A stretch of DNA of 64,000 bases from Stellaceae bacterium (GTDB taxonomy: Bacteria; Pseudomonadota; Alphaproteobacteria; ATCC43930; CGMCC-115725): positions 528-64,527 of the forward strand of contig DASRKX010000061.1 in assembly GCA_035648735.1 (NCBI GenBank), given 5' to 3'. The notes beneath the pieces are model-generated. The model saw only the letters and a program-made list of their open reading frames with translations. It was not told the DNA's origin and made no database searches. The translations under genes and the position numbers were made by a program. Positions 38,287 to 46,437 of the stretch are shown one piece after another (positions within the stretch are counted from its first letter, which is position 1; each line of letters starts with the position of its first letter).

Positions 38287-39122
38287 CAGCCGTTCTCCAG
38301 CGCGGCATACATGGCGGCGACCTGCTCCGGCTTGATCTTCGATTTGTGGTGCCAGGCCGCGTCGTTCTCGGCGAAAGGCAGGCCCTTGCCCTTGACCGTG
38401 TGGCAGATCACCGCGAGCGGCTTGGCGGCGCCGCGACGCGGTGCGAAGGCGGCGCGCAACGCCGCTACGTCGTGGCCGTCGACCTCGACGACATCGAAGC
38501 CGAAGGCGCGCCATTTGGCGCCGAGCGGCTCTAGCGGCTGAACCTCGGAAACCGAGCCATAGGACTGCATCTTGTTGTAATCGACGATGGCGGTGAGGCT
38601 GGACAGGCCGTGCTTGCCGGCGCACATCGCCGCTTCCCAAACGCTGCCCTCATCGATCTCGCCGTCGCCCATGGCGACGAAGACGCGGGCATCGGTCTTG
38701 CGGATGCGCGCGGCGAGCGCCACGCCGATGCCGATCGACAAGCCATGGCCCAAGGCGCCGGTGGATGCCTCGACGCCGGGAATCTTGCCGGCTTCGGGAT
38801 GGCCGCCGAGGAAACTGTCGCGCGTGCAGAAATCCGCGAGCTCCGCCGCCGGGAAATAGCCCTTATCGGCCAGGATGGCGTAGAGCGCCAGGCAGCCATG
38901 GCCCTTCGACAGGATGAACCGGTCGCGGCCCTGCCATTTCGGCTCCGCCGGCCGGTGACGCAGCACGTCGTCGTACAGCACGCGCAGGATTTCGATCAGC
39001 GACATCGAGGAACCGATGTGCCCGCGCCCACCGCCGTCAAGCGCCCGGACCACCAAGCGGCGCAGATCGCGCGAGCGGTTGTCGAGCCGAATGGCGTTCG
39101 GCAGGTTTACGGCTTTAGTCAC
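38286..39122 (-). CDS. Transketolase-family protein, N-terminal (ThDP pyrophosphate-binding) subunit
   Basis: GTG 39122 (GTGA overlap). GGRGHIGSSMSLIEIL, ILSKGHGCLALYA, VAMGDGEIDEGSVWEA (GDG...ThDP-Mg motif). TGATG junction with the C-terminal subunit. Confidence 0.85.
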   Translation of the reverse strand: MTKAVNLPNAIRLDNRSRDLRRLVVRALDGGGRGHIGSSMSLIEILRVLYDDVLRHRPAEPKWQGRDRFILSKGHGCLALYAILADKGYFPAAELADFCTRDSFLGGHPEAGKIPGVEASTGALGHGLSIGIGVALAARIRKTDARVFVAMGDGEIDEGSVWEAAMCAGKHGLSSLTAIVDYNKMQSYGSVSEVQPLEPLGAKWRAFGFDVVEVDGHDVAALRAAFAPRRGAAKPLAVICHTVKGKGLPFAENDAAWHHKSKIKPEQVAAMYAALENG

Positions 39123-40705
39123 GGCAGATCCTCGATTGCGGATGCGGTCCGCGCCAGCATGGCCTCGGCCTTGGCGAGCTGGCGCGTCTGGGCGGCGGCG
39201 CGATCGCCGTCGCCGTCGCCGGCGACGGCGCGGCGTGCCCAACGCTCCGGCAGGAATTCATTGAGCAGGATGAGGCACCAGCGCAACGCGTAAAGCGGTA
39301 GCTGCCTCTCAAGCCTTGCACGAAAGTTAGCGTCACCGGCATGAAGTTCGACCATGCCGCGAGCAAAGCGGCGGCGAGCGTCCGGATCGAGAGCCATGCC
39401 GGGATGCAGCAGGAAATCCGCGGTGAGCTTCACCGGATCGTCCCAGCCGAAATATTCGAAATCGACGAACACGATGCGGCCCTCAGCGGTGCGAAGCGCG
39501 TTATGGAAGCCGAAATCTGATGGGCTGAGCGTCCGCTGCGCGATCGGCAATTCCGCGGCCGGACTGTTGCCCGCCGTCAGCGCCGCACGCCGGCCGCACA
39601 GGCGCGCCAGGAAGTCGCGCAGCTGCGTCTCGCCCGCTGCAATTTCCGACAATCTTGTCTCGCGTGCGGCGGTCTGGCGCAGAATTTCCGCCGTCGAGAG
39701 ACAGGTCTCGGAGGCGAGCGGCAGCCCCGCAGCACCCGGCGCAGATCGGTAACCATGCAGCCGGCGCAGGAAATCCAACGCCGCGTCGATGTCGCCGTTA
39801 TTTGGGCTGGCGATGGGCGTGCCATCGATCCATTGATAGAGTGCCGCGCTCATCTCTCGACTCATCGCGATGGGCGCCGGCACGGCATCCTCGCCTTGCG
39901 CCTTGAGGAAGGACAGGGCGCCGTATTCCGTGCCCAGCCGATCGCGCGGATCGTCATCGGGGGACGGATAAGATTTCAGCGCCATGGCGCCATCCGCGCC
40001 GGCCACACGGTAGAGGCGATTATTGCCGCCCTGCAAAACGCGCACGACATCATTCACGGGCGCGCCGTTCAGCATGGCCGCAGCGGCGATCGCCGGATCG
40101 ATGCCCAAAAGATGGTCGGCGATCTCACGATGAGTGCGGAAGGCGCGAAAGCGTCCGCGCGGCAATTCGTCGTAGCCGGCAGCGTAAAGATAGGCACGAA
40201 TGTGGGCGGGAAAGTCCGGCTCGCCAAACACCTCGTCGAGGTCGTCGATGAAATGCGTGCAGCCGATGGACAGAATCCGGCGAATCTTGTCCTGACGCGT
40301 CGGCTCGAAGAACACGTTCTCGCGCGCCACGCCCATGCCGCGCTCGAACAAGCCGTTGGATTCCATCCAGATCATCGCCGCATTTCTAAGATCGGTCTCG
40401 GGATCGAAAGGGCTGAATTGCGTCTTGTGGCTAACGACCGCCACCGGAATGTTCCGCAGGCGGGCGCGTTCGAGCAGGGTCGCGATGCCGTCGGTGAGCC
40501 GCGCCCGGCCGATATCTCGGCCATAGGCGCGGGCCTGCAATTGCTGCCAGGCGATGTCGCCGCCCGGCCCGGCGCGCACCGCGTCGCGCACCGCCTTCTT
40601 GCCGCCGTAGAATGCCGCCGGCACCAATCCCATGTCGCGCGCCAAAGCCAAAAAGCCCTCGTCGTAACAGGCGATCGTATTGTCGAAATCGATTCCGATC
40701 AGCAC
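39119..40705 (-). CDS. Fusion protein: N-terminal HAD-superfamily phosphatase-like domain plus C-terminal APH/choline-kinase-fold phosphotransferase domain
   Basis: HAD motifs IGIDFDNT (DxDxT), VVSHKT, FIDDLDE. Kinase-fold motifs MALKSYP, SPSDFGFHNAL (DxxxxN), VFVDFEYFGWDDP. GTG start. Confidence 0.75.
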   Translation of the reverse strand: MLIGIDFDNTIACYDEGFLALARDMGLVPAAFYGGKKAVRDAVRAGPGGDIAWQQLQARAYGRDIGRARLTDGIATLLERARLRNIPVAVVSHKTQFSPFDPETDLRNAAMIWMESNGLFERGMGVARENVFFEPTRQDKIRRILSIGCTHFIDDLDEVFGEPDFPAHIRAYLYAAGYDELPRGRFRAFRTHREIADHLLGIDPAIAAAAMLNGAPVNDVVRVLQGGNNRLYRVAGADGAMALKSYPSPDDDPRDRLGTEYGALSFLKAQGEDAVPAPIAMSREMSAALYQWIDGTPIASPNNGDIDAALDFLRRLHGYRSAPGAAGLPLASETCLSTAEILRQTAARETRLSEIAAGETQLRDFLARLCGRRAALTAGNSPAAELPIAQRTLSPSDFGFHNALRTAEGRIVFVDFEYFGWDDPVKLTADFLLHPGMALDPDARRRFARGMVELHAGDANFRARLERQLPLYALRWCLILLNEFLPERWARRAVAGDGDGDRAAAQTRQLAKAEAMLARTASAIEDLP

Positions 40706-40716
40706 CCGGACCGAAC

Positions 40717-41724
40717 CTATTTAAGCTTCAGTTCCTGCATCCGCTTGATATTGAAATAGAGCGGATTGTTGAGCGGGTCCTGCAGCTTCCCCGTTTTCAG
40801 CGCGTCGACCAGACCGCCGACGGCATCGGCGATGGTGTATTTGAGCTCGAAGCCGATGTCCTTCCGGATGCGCTTGCCGGAGACGTGATAGGAGCGCGGA
40901 TCGTTGGTCGGCACCGTCTCGATCGCGACATGGTCGCCGACCGCCTTGCGCACCATCGCCGCGAGATCGACGATCGGATGATTCTCGTCGCCGGCGTTCC
41001 AGATCTTGCCGTCGATCGCTTCGTCGGGCTGCGCCAGCAGATGCAGATAGACCCGCGCCATGTCCTCGATATGAATGTTGGGGCGCTTCTGCGTACCGCC
41101 GAAGACCTTGATCTTGCCGGCATGGAAGGCCTGGTTGGTGAAGATGTTCACCACGACGTCCATGCGCTGGCGCGGCGCATAGCCGCACACCGTCGAGGGA
41201 CGGATGGAGCACACCACGAAACCCGGCGCGCGCTCTTCCAGCAATTCCATCTCGCACAACGCCTTGAACTTGGAATAATCGGTCAGCGGCGCAAGCGGCA
41301 AATCCTCATGCACTTCGGGTTCGTCCTTGACGCCATAGACCGACGAGGACGACGCGAAGATGAAACGCTTGACCCCTGCCGCCTTGGAGGCGCGGACCAA
41401 CGGGCGAAACGCCGCGTGGTTGATCGACTTACCGAGCCCCGGATCGAGATCGTAGGACGGGTCGTTCGAGATGCAGGCAAGGTGAAGGACGCAATCGCAG
41501 CCCTTGAGAGCGTCGGCGACAGTCCTCGGATCGCGGATGTCGCCCTTGATCTCGCGCAGGCGCGGATTGCCGCGCACGGCGGCGAGCGCATCGTCGCCAT
41601 ACATATAGAGGTCGAGCACGGTCACCGCGTGCCCCGCCTCGAGCAGCCGGGGAACCAGCACGCTGCCGACATAGCCGGCGCCGCCGGTCACCAGAACGTT
41701 CCATTTTTTCTCGGCGATTGTCAT
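40717..41724 (-). CDS. NAD-dependent epimerase/dehydratase (extended SDR)
   Basis: VLVTGGAGYVGSVL, FASSSSVYG, YSKFK (YxxxK). Confidence 0.85.
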   Translation of the reverse strand: MTIAEKKWNVLVTGGAGYVGSVLVPRLLEAGHAVTVLDLYMYGDDALAAVRGNPRLREIKGDIRDPRTVADALKGCDCVLHLACISNDPSYDLDPGLGKSINHAAFRPLVRASKAAGVKRFIFASSSSVYGVKDEPEVHEDLPLAPLTDYSKFKALCEMELLEERAPGFVVCSIRPSTVCGYAPRQRMDVVVNIFTNQAFHAGKIKVFGGTQKRPNIHIEDMARVYLHLLAQPDEAIDGKIWNAGDENHPIVDLAAMVRKAVGDHVAIETVPTNDPRSYHVSGKRIRKDIGFELKYTIADAVGGLVDALKTGKLQDPLNNPLYFNIKRMQELKLK

Positions 41725-41740
41725 GCCCGATCGGACTCCG

Positions 41741-43303
41741 TCATTTCAGCAGGGTATTGACGAATTTCATCAGCGGAATCTTTTCCACCGACTGCCGGTG
41801 GCCGACGATGCCGACCTTGATGGCGCCGGCGGCGTTGCCGACGAAGCCGACATCGGCCATATGTCCGCCGACGGCGACGAGCGGCGCGGTGACGGCGAAG
41901 AACGCGTCGCCGGCGCCGACCGTGTCGACCACCGTCTTAGTGAAGGCCGGAATGCGGGTGACGCCTTCGCCGGGTGAGTAGGTGTAGCAGCCGGACGATC
42001 CCTGCGTCACGATGGCCTTGCGGCATCCGGTGATGCGCGGCAACACCTCGCCCACCACTTCCGCGATATCGCTGTACTTGTCGCTGGTGGCAAGCCGCGC
42101 CTCAGGCGCATCGATGCAGACGTAGTCCGCGTTCCGATATTTGCTGATCAAATTATAGCCCTGGTTGCCGGCGTTGGTTTGCGCATTGACGGCAAGGAAC
42201 TTCGCATTCTTCCTCAACACATCAACTAGGCCGTGCCCGATCATGCCGTGCCCGAAATCGTTGACGATGACGAGATCAGCCGCTTTGACTTTATCCCGCA
42301 CGAGTTCGGTCAATCCCGCTTCCTCACTTGAAGGCAGCGGCCGGTCATCCATGAAATAGACCTCGAACAGCTTGCGCATATACGAGCCGGGATCGACATA
42401 GCGCAGCTTCCTGGTAGTCGGACGGTCGGTGACCTGGACGACCCCGAGGCGAACATTGGGTTTTATATTCCGGCGGATCATTTCCTCGTAGGGACAATCC
42501 TTCGCCAGCGTGGTGATTACTTCGACCTCGGCACAGAACGCAGCGACATGGTTTGCGGTAGCGACCACGCCGCCGGCGAAGATTTCGGTTCCCTGATACA
42601 AGCTGGCAATGATGTGTTCCTTGGAGGGCTTACCGAGATTTCCGACGTATTGATATTCGTCGATGATCGTGTCGCCCACGATCAGAACCTTCAAACGGCT
42701 CACTTTTTCAATCAACACACGGATGCGTTGGGGACCGCCACCGGCCCGCAAGCCGTCGAGGAAATCGCGCAACGGCGGGTCGTAGACGTCGAGATAGCGA
42801 TTGATCAAGTTCGACGATGAAAAGGTGATATCGCGCGTGAACACCAACCGCCCGCCATGTCGTTCCACCGCCTCGCGTTCGTCGGTGATCTTGCCGGTGA
42901 TGTCTTCCTCAGGATTCTCGTAATCGGATCCCTTGACGTAGACATCGGGCCGGATGGTATCGAGGACCGTTTCGGCGTCGGACGCGTCGTTGATGCCGAC
43001 GTAATCGACGTATTCGAGGGCTGCCAGCATCTCGGCGCGCATCTCCTGGCCGAAGATCGGCCGTCCCGGCCCCTTGTTGACGAAACGGTCGGCGGTAAGC
43101 GTGACGACGAGTACGTCGCCTTCGGCCCGTGCCGCTTCCAGGTGGCGGACGTGACCCATATGCACCAGGTCAAAGACGCCGTGGCAGAGAACGATCTTTT
43201 GCTTGCGCTTGCGGGCTTCATCCGCCAGGCGGCCCAATTCTGCAATGGCATGGATTTTCCGGCGCGCGGGGCGGACCGATGCCGGAACCGTCGAACGCGT
43301 CAC
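41741..43303 (-). CDS. Bifunctional cytidylyltransferase-like (N-terminal) / PfkB sugar kinase (C-terminal) protein; HldE/RfaE-like domains in inverted order
   Basis: N-terminal IVLCHGVFDLVHMGHVRHLEAA (HxGH), EYVDYVG. C-terminal VLIVGDTIIDEY and DTVGAGDAFFAV (PfkB signature). GTG start abuts the upstream TAA. Confidence 0.8.
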   Translation of the reverse strand: MTRSTVPASVRPARRKIHAIAELGRLADEARKRKQKIVLCHGVFDLVHMGHVRHLEAARAEGDVLVVTLTADRFVNKGPGRPIFGQEMRAEMLAALEYVDYVGINDASDAETVLDTIRPDVYVKGSDYENPEEDITGKITDEREAVERHGGRLVFTRDITFSSSNLINRYLDVYDPPLRDFLDGLRAGGGPQRIRVLIEKVSRLKVLIVGDTIIDEYQYVGNLGKPSKEHIIASLYQGTEIFAGGVVATANHVAAFCAEVEVITTLAKDCPYEEMIRRNIKPNVRLGVVQVTDRPTTRKLRYVDPGSYMRKLFEVYFMDDRPLPSSEEAGLTELVRDKVKAADLVIVNDFGHGMIGHGLVDVLRKNAKFLAVNAQTNAGNQGYNLISKYRNADYVCIDAPEARLATSDKYSDIAEVVGEVLPRITGCRKAIVTQGSSGCYTYSPGEGVTRIPAFTKTVVDTVGAGDAFFAVTAPLVAVGGHMADVGFVGNAAGAIKVGIVGHRQSVEKIPLMKFVNTLLK

Positions 43304-44308
43304 TTAATTTTTCCCTCGGCCGAGATACTTGAACCAATCCGCCGTCGCCGCCGCGATGCTTTCCGGCGTCCAGATCGGCGCGTCGCGCCAAAGATCGATG
43401 TTCTCGAGCAGCCGGCCGATGCCCTCTTCCAAGCTCACGCGCGGACGCCACCCCAGACGCTGCTTGATGCGGGAAATATCGGCCCAAGTGCAGTCGGGCT
43501 CGCCGGGGCGCTTCGGAATATAGACCGACTGGCCGCCCAGCAGCTCGACGATGCGGTTGACGCTGTAGGTGCCGTCGGAGCCGACATTCATTATCTCGCC
43601 GGTAAGCGCGCTGGCGGCGGCGGCGACAAAAGCGCCGGTCACGTCAGTCACATAGGTGAAGTCACGCGTCTGGGTTCCATCGCCAACGATGGTGTAGGGC
43701 TTGCCGGCGAGCTTCTGCGCCAGGAACACGCCGAACATGGCGCCATAGCTGCCCGAGGTGCGGTGGCGCGGCCCATAGACATTGAAGAGACGAAGGGACA
43801 ACGCTGGCAGGCCATAAAGCTGCGCCCAATGCAAGACGAGCTCCTCGCCCAGCCGCTTGGTGAGCGCATAGGGATATTGCGGTTGGATCGCGGCGGTTTC
43901 CGGCGTCGGATAGACGTCTGGAATGCCGTAACAGGACGACGAGGCGGCATAAAGAAATCGCTCGACGCGATGGGCGCGCGCCGCTTCCAGCACGGCCATA
44001 GTGCCGTCGACATTGGCGCGAAAATAATCCAGCGGCTGGCGAATGGACGGCACGATGTCGGCAAGCGCCGCGAAATGGAACACCCATTTGACGCCTTCCA
44101 TCGTGCCGTCGAGCGCGCCGGCATCCGCGATATCGGCCACATGAACGGTCAACCGCGGATTGCTGCGATGCTGCACCAGATTGTCCGGCCGACCGGTGAC
44201 CATGTTGTCGACCACCACGACCGCGTGCCCATCGGCGATCAAGCGATCAACCATGTGGCTGCCGATGAAGCCGGCGCCGCCGATGACGAGAGATTTATGC
44301 TGGGACAA
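43304..44308 (-). CDS. NAD-dependent epimerase/dehydratase (extended SDR)
   Basis: No ATG near the Rossmann start. I chose TTG 44308 (AGGA 4 nt upstream), giving MSQHKSLVIGGAGFIGSHMV. ASSSCYG, YALTK. Confidence 0.8.
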   Translation of the reverse strand: MSQHKSLVIGGAGFIGSHMVDRLIADGHAVVVVDNMVTGRPDNLVQHRSNPRLTVHVADIADAGALDGTMEGVKWVFHFAALADIVPSIRQPLDYFRANVDGTMAVLEAARAHRVERFLYAASSSCYGIPDVYPTPETAAIQPQYPYALTKRLGEELVLHWAQLYGLPALSLRLFNVYGPRHRTSGSYGAMFGVFLAQKLAGKPYTIVGDGTQTRDFTYVTDVTGAFVAAAASALTGEIMNVGSDGTYSVNRIVELLGGQSVYIPKRPGEPDCTWADISRIKQRLGWRPRVSLEEGIGRLLENIDLWRDAPIWTPESIAAATADWFKYLGRGKN

Positions 44309-44324
44309 GGAATCCTGTGTCTGG

Positions 44325-45260
44325 TTAAAGGCGAATGCCGTGCTTGGCGAGCAGCGATTCGTTATCGGCACGGTAATAGTCCTTGATCCGGCGGGCCGCC
44401 TCCGGCGAGGGCGTGACGTCAAACTTTTTTCCGCCCACGAGCCAATTGCGGAAAACCGCCTTGAGCGGCGGCGGCAGCAACGGCCCGAGGCCGCGGCCGC
44501 CGGTCAGCCGCGCGCGCAACCGGTTAGCGGTATAGAGCCGCTCCATCTGGTGCTCGTTCTCGCGGACATTCGTCGTTCGCGCCAGGCACGGATCGCGCTC
44601 ATCGATGCCAATGAATCGACAGAGGCGCTGCAAGACGGTAATGGGATCGGCCCGGAAATCCTCGAAGGCATAAACCAGGATGTTCCCCTCGCCCACCAGC
44701 GCCGCGTAGCGATCGATCATGGCCGCATAGCGGAAGCTGTCCAAGAACGCGCCGCAGACATAGCGGAAATGAATGTCGAGATAGTGGTCGAAATCGGGAT
44801 ACCAGTTCTGCCTGGTGCCGGGAATGCCCGTCATCTCGCCGCGATGCTCGGTGAGGTAATTGCTCTTGATCAACGATAGCTGATCGCGCACGCAGAAGAT
44901 CACCCGAAACGGCGCCAAGGGCGCGAAGATATCCATGACGCGCCGCAGCTTGGCCATGCCATCCACGCCGGTGAATACGCTCAGGCCTTCATCCGAAAGA
45001 ACCACGGGCCGCCCGCCGGATTCCCGGGCGACCGATTCGACCAAAATACGCGTTACTTGAGGATCGGGCGCGAAATCGAGACCGCCGGCCTCGATCTGCT
45101 TCATCAGCGCGCCAATTGGCGGAGTCCGCCAGCCCTCGTAGGCGCGCGCGCGATCAACGTTCTTGCCCAGGAAAAACAGCCCGGGATGCGCCGGGAAGAA
45201 CGCGTTTTGCAGCGTCGAGGTCGCGGTCTTTGGCGAGCCGATATGGACGATCAGGGTCAC
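44325..45260 (-). CDS. Putative sulfotransferase-family protein
   Basis: GTG 45260 (GTGA overlap). VHIGSPKTATSTLQNAFF resembles the PAPS 5-prime-phosphosulfate-binding loop (PKxGTT). Tentative. Confidence 0.5.
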   Translation of the reverse strand: MTLIVHIGSPKTATSTLQNAFFPAHPGLFFLGKNVDRARAYEGWRTPPIGALMKQIEAGGLDFAPDPQVTRILVESVARESGGRPVVLSDEGLSVFTGVDGMAKLRRVMDIFAPLAPFRVIFCVRDQLSLIKSNYLTEHRGEMTGIPGTRQNWYPDFDHYLDIHFRYVCGAFLDSFRYAAMIDRYAALVGEGNILVYAFEDFRADPITVLQRLCRFIGIDERDPCLARTTNVRENEHQMERLYTANRLRARLTGGRGLGPLLPPPLKAVFRNWLVGGKKFDVTPSPEAARRIKDYYRADNESLLAKHGIRL

Positions 45261-46426
45261 GGGCCTGGCGGCGGCGAGTACGGCGGCGCGGAGCGCCGGA
45301 TGAAACTGACATATTGTTGGCCCCGGCCGAACAGGCCGAGAAACCGGCCGAAATCGGGAGTCCGGCCGGCCAGAGCGGCGCGCAAGGATGCGACCAGATC
45401 GGCAAAGGACGAAGCGGTTTCCGGCAGCGCCGGCCGCAACAACGCGACGATCTCTTCGATCTTGATAAGAATGGGCGGAATGAGGCCCGGATCGTCGGCA
45501 TCCCACGCCGCGAGGTGAAGTTTGTAGGCTTCGCGGCACAGCGTCTCCAGAAGCGCGCCGTCGCAGCGCGGCTGGGCCACAACCTCCGGATCGGCGCGGC
45601 TGTCGATCAGCAGCGGCAGCCAGCGGCGATATTGCGCCAAGGCCCGCTCGTTATAGGCCTCGCTTCCGGCGATCGCCTTCCACCAGCGCCAGTCGGAGAA
45701 AAAATGGGGATGGCTGGCATAGACGTCGAAATCGTCGGTGAGCGCCGCAACCGCGTCCGGAAAAGGAAAAAAGCGGTCGAGCGGCAGCGGATGGAAGATA
45801 TTGTCGAGCACCCAGTCGTAATGGGTCCGTGCGAAGCCGGGCAGCGCGTCGAGGTCGGGTTTGAACAAAGCAGCCAAGCTTTTCATGCAAGTGTCGAAAT
45901 CCTTATCGCGCGCCATGTAGATCGGCTTGAAAAGCCGGCGGCAGATATCGGCGAAGGACGACACCGGATCGATCGTGGTGATGACGACGATGCCGCCAGG
46001 CCGCGCGAATTCGGCCATGTGGCGGCAAAACGGCTTGGTATCGCTGCGGTCGTGGATCAGCCCTTCCGCAATGACCAGATCGAACCGGCGCGCGTCAGTG
46101 AAGGCAAGGACATCGCTCTCATAGATGTCACAATCGGCGGGGAAGCGGCCGTCGCCGGCCTTGCGCCGCAGCTCCGCAATGCTGACATCGTGGCCATCAA
46201 CAAGAACGAGCGACCCGAGGCCGAAAGAGGCCGTATGCACGGAATTGTCGCCCGAGCCGGGACCGAACTCGATCACATCCCGGCCCTTCAGCAGGCCCGA
46301 CACGATGCCAAGCTGCCGGTAGAGCGCGTCACGCCGGCGGAAATGGAGTGCGCGATGATGTTCGGGAACCTGATTTGGCACGAAATCATGCTGCTTGTAG
46401 AAACTGATGAAAGCCCTGTCTTCCAT
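45257..46426 (-). CDS. Class I SAM-dependent methyltransferase with C-terminal extension
   Basis: Trimmed to ATG 46426. VIEFGPGSGDNSV, LVLVDG, FDLVIAEGLIHD. Confidence 0.75.
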   Translation of the reverse strand: MEDRAFISFYKQHDFVPNQVPEHHRALHFRRRDALYRQLGIVSGLLKGRDVIEFGPGSGDNSVHTASFGLGSLVLVDGHDVSIAELRRKAGDGRFPADCDIYESDVLAFTDARRFDLVIAEGLIHDRSDTKPFCRHMAEFARPGGIVVITTIDPVSSFADICRRLFKPIYMARDKDFDTCMKSLAALFKPDLDALPGFARTHYDWVLDNIFHPLPLDRFFPFPDAVAALTDDFDVYASHPHFFSDWRWWKAIAGSEAYNERALAQYRRWLPLLIDSRADPEVVAQPRCDGALLETLCREAYKLHLAAWDADDPGLIPPILIKIEEIVALLRPALPETASSFADLVASLRAALAGRTPDFGRFLGLFGRGQQYVSFIRRSAPPYSPPPGP

Positions 46427-46437
46427 GTGTGCTTTTT

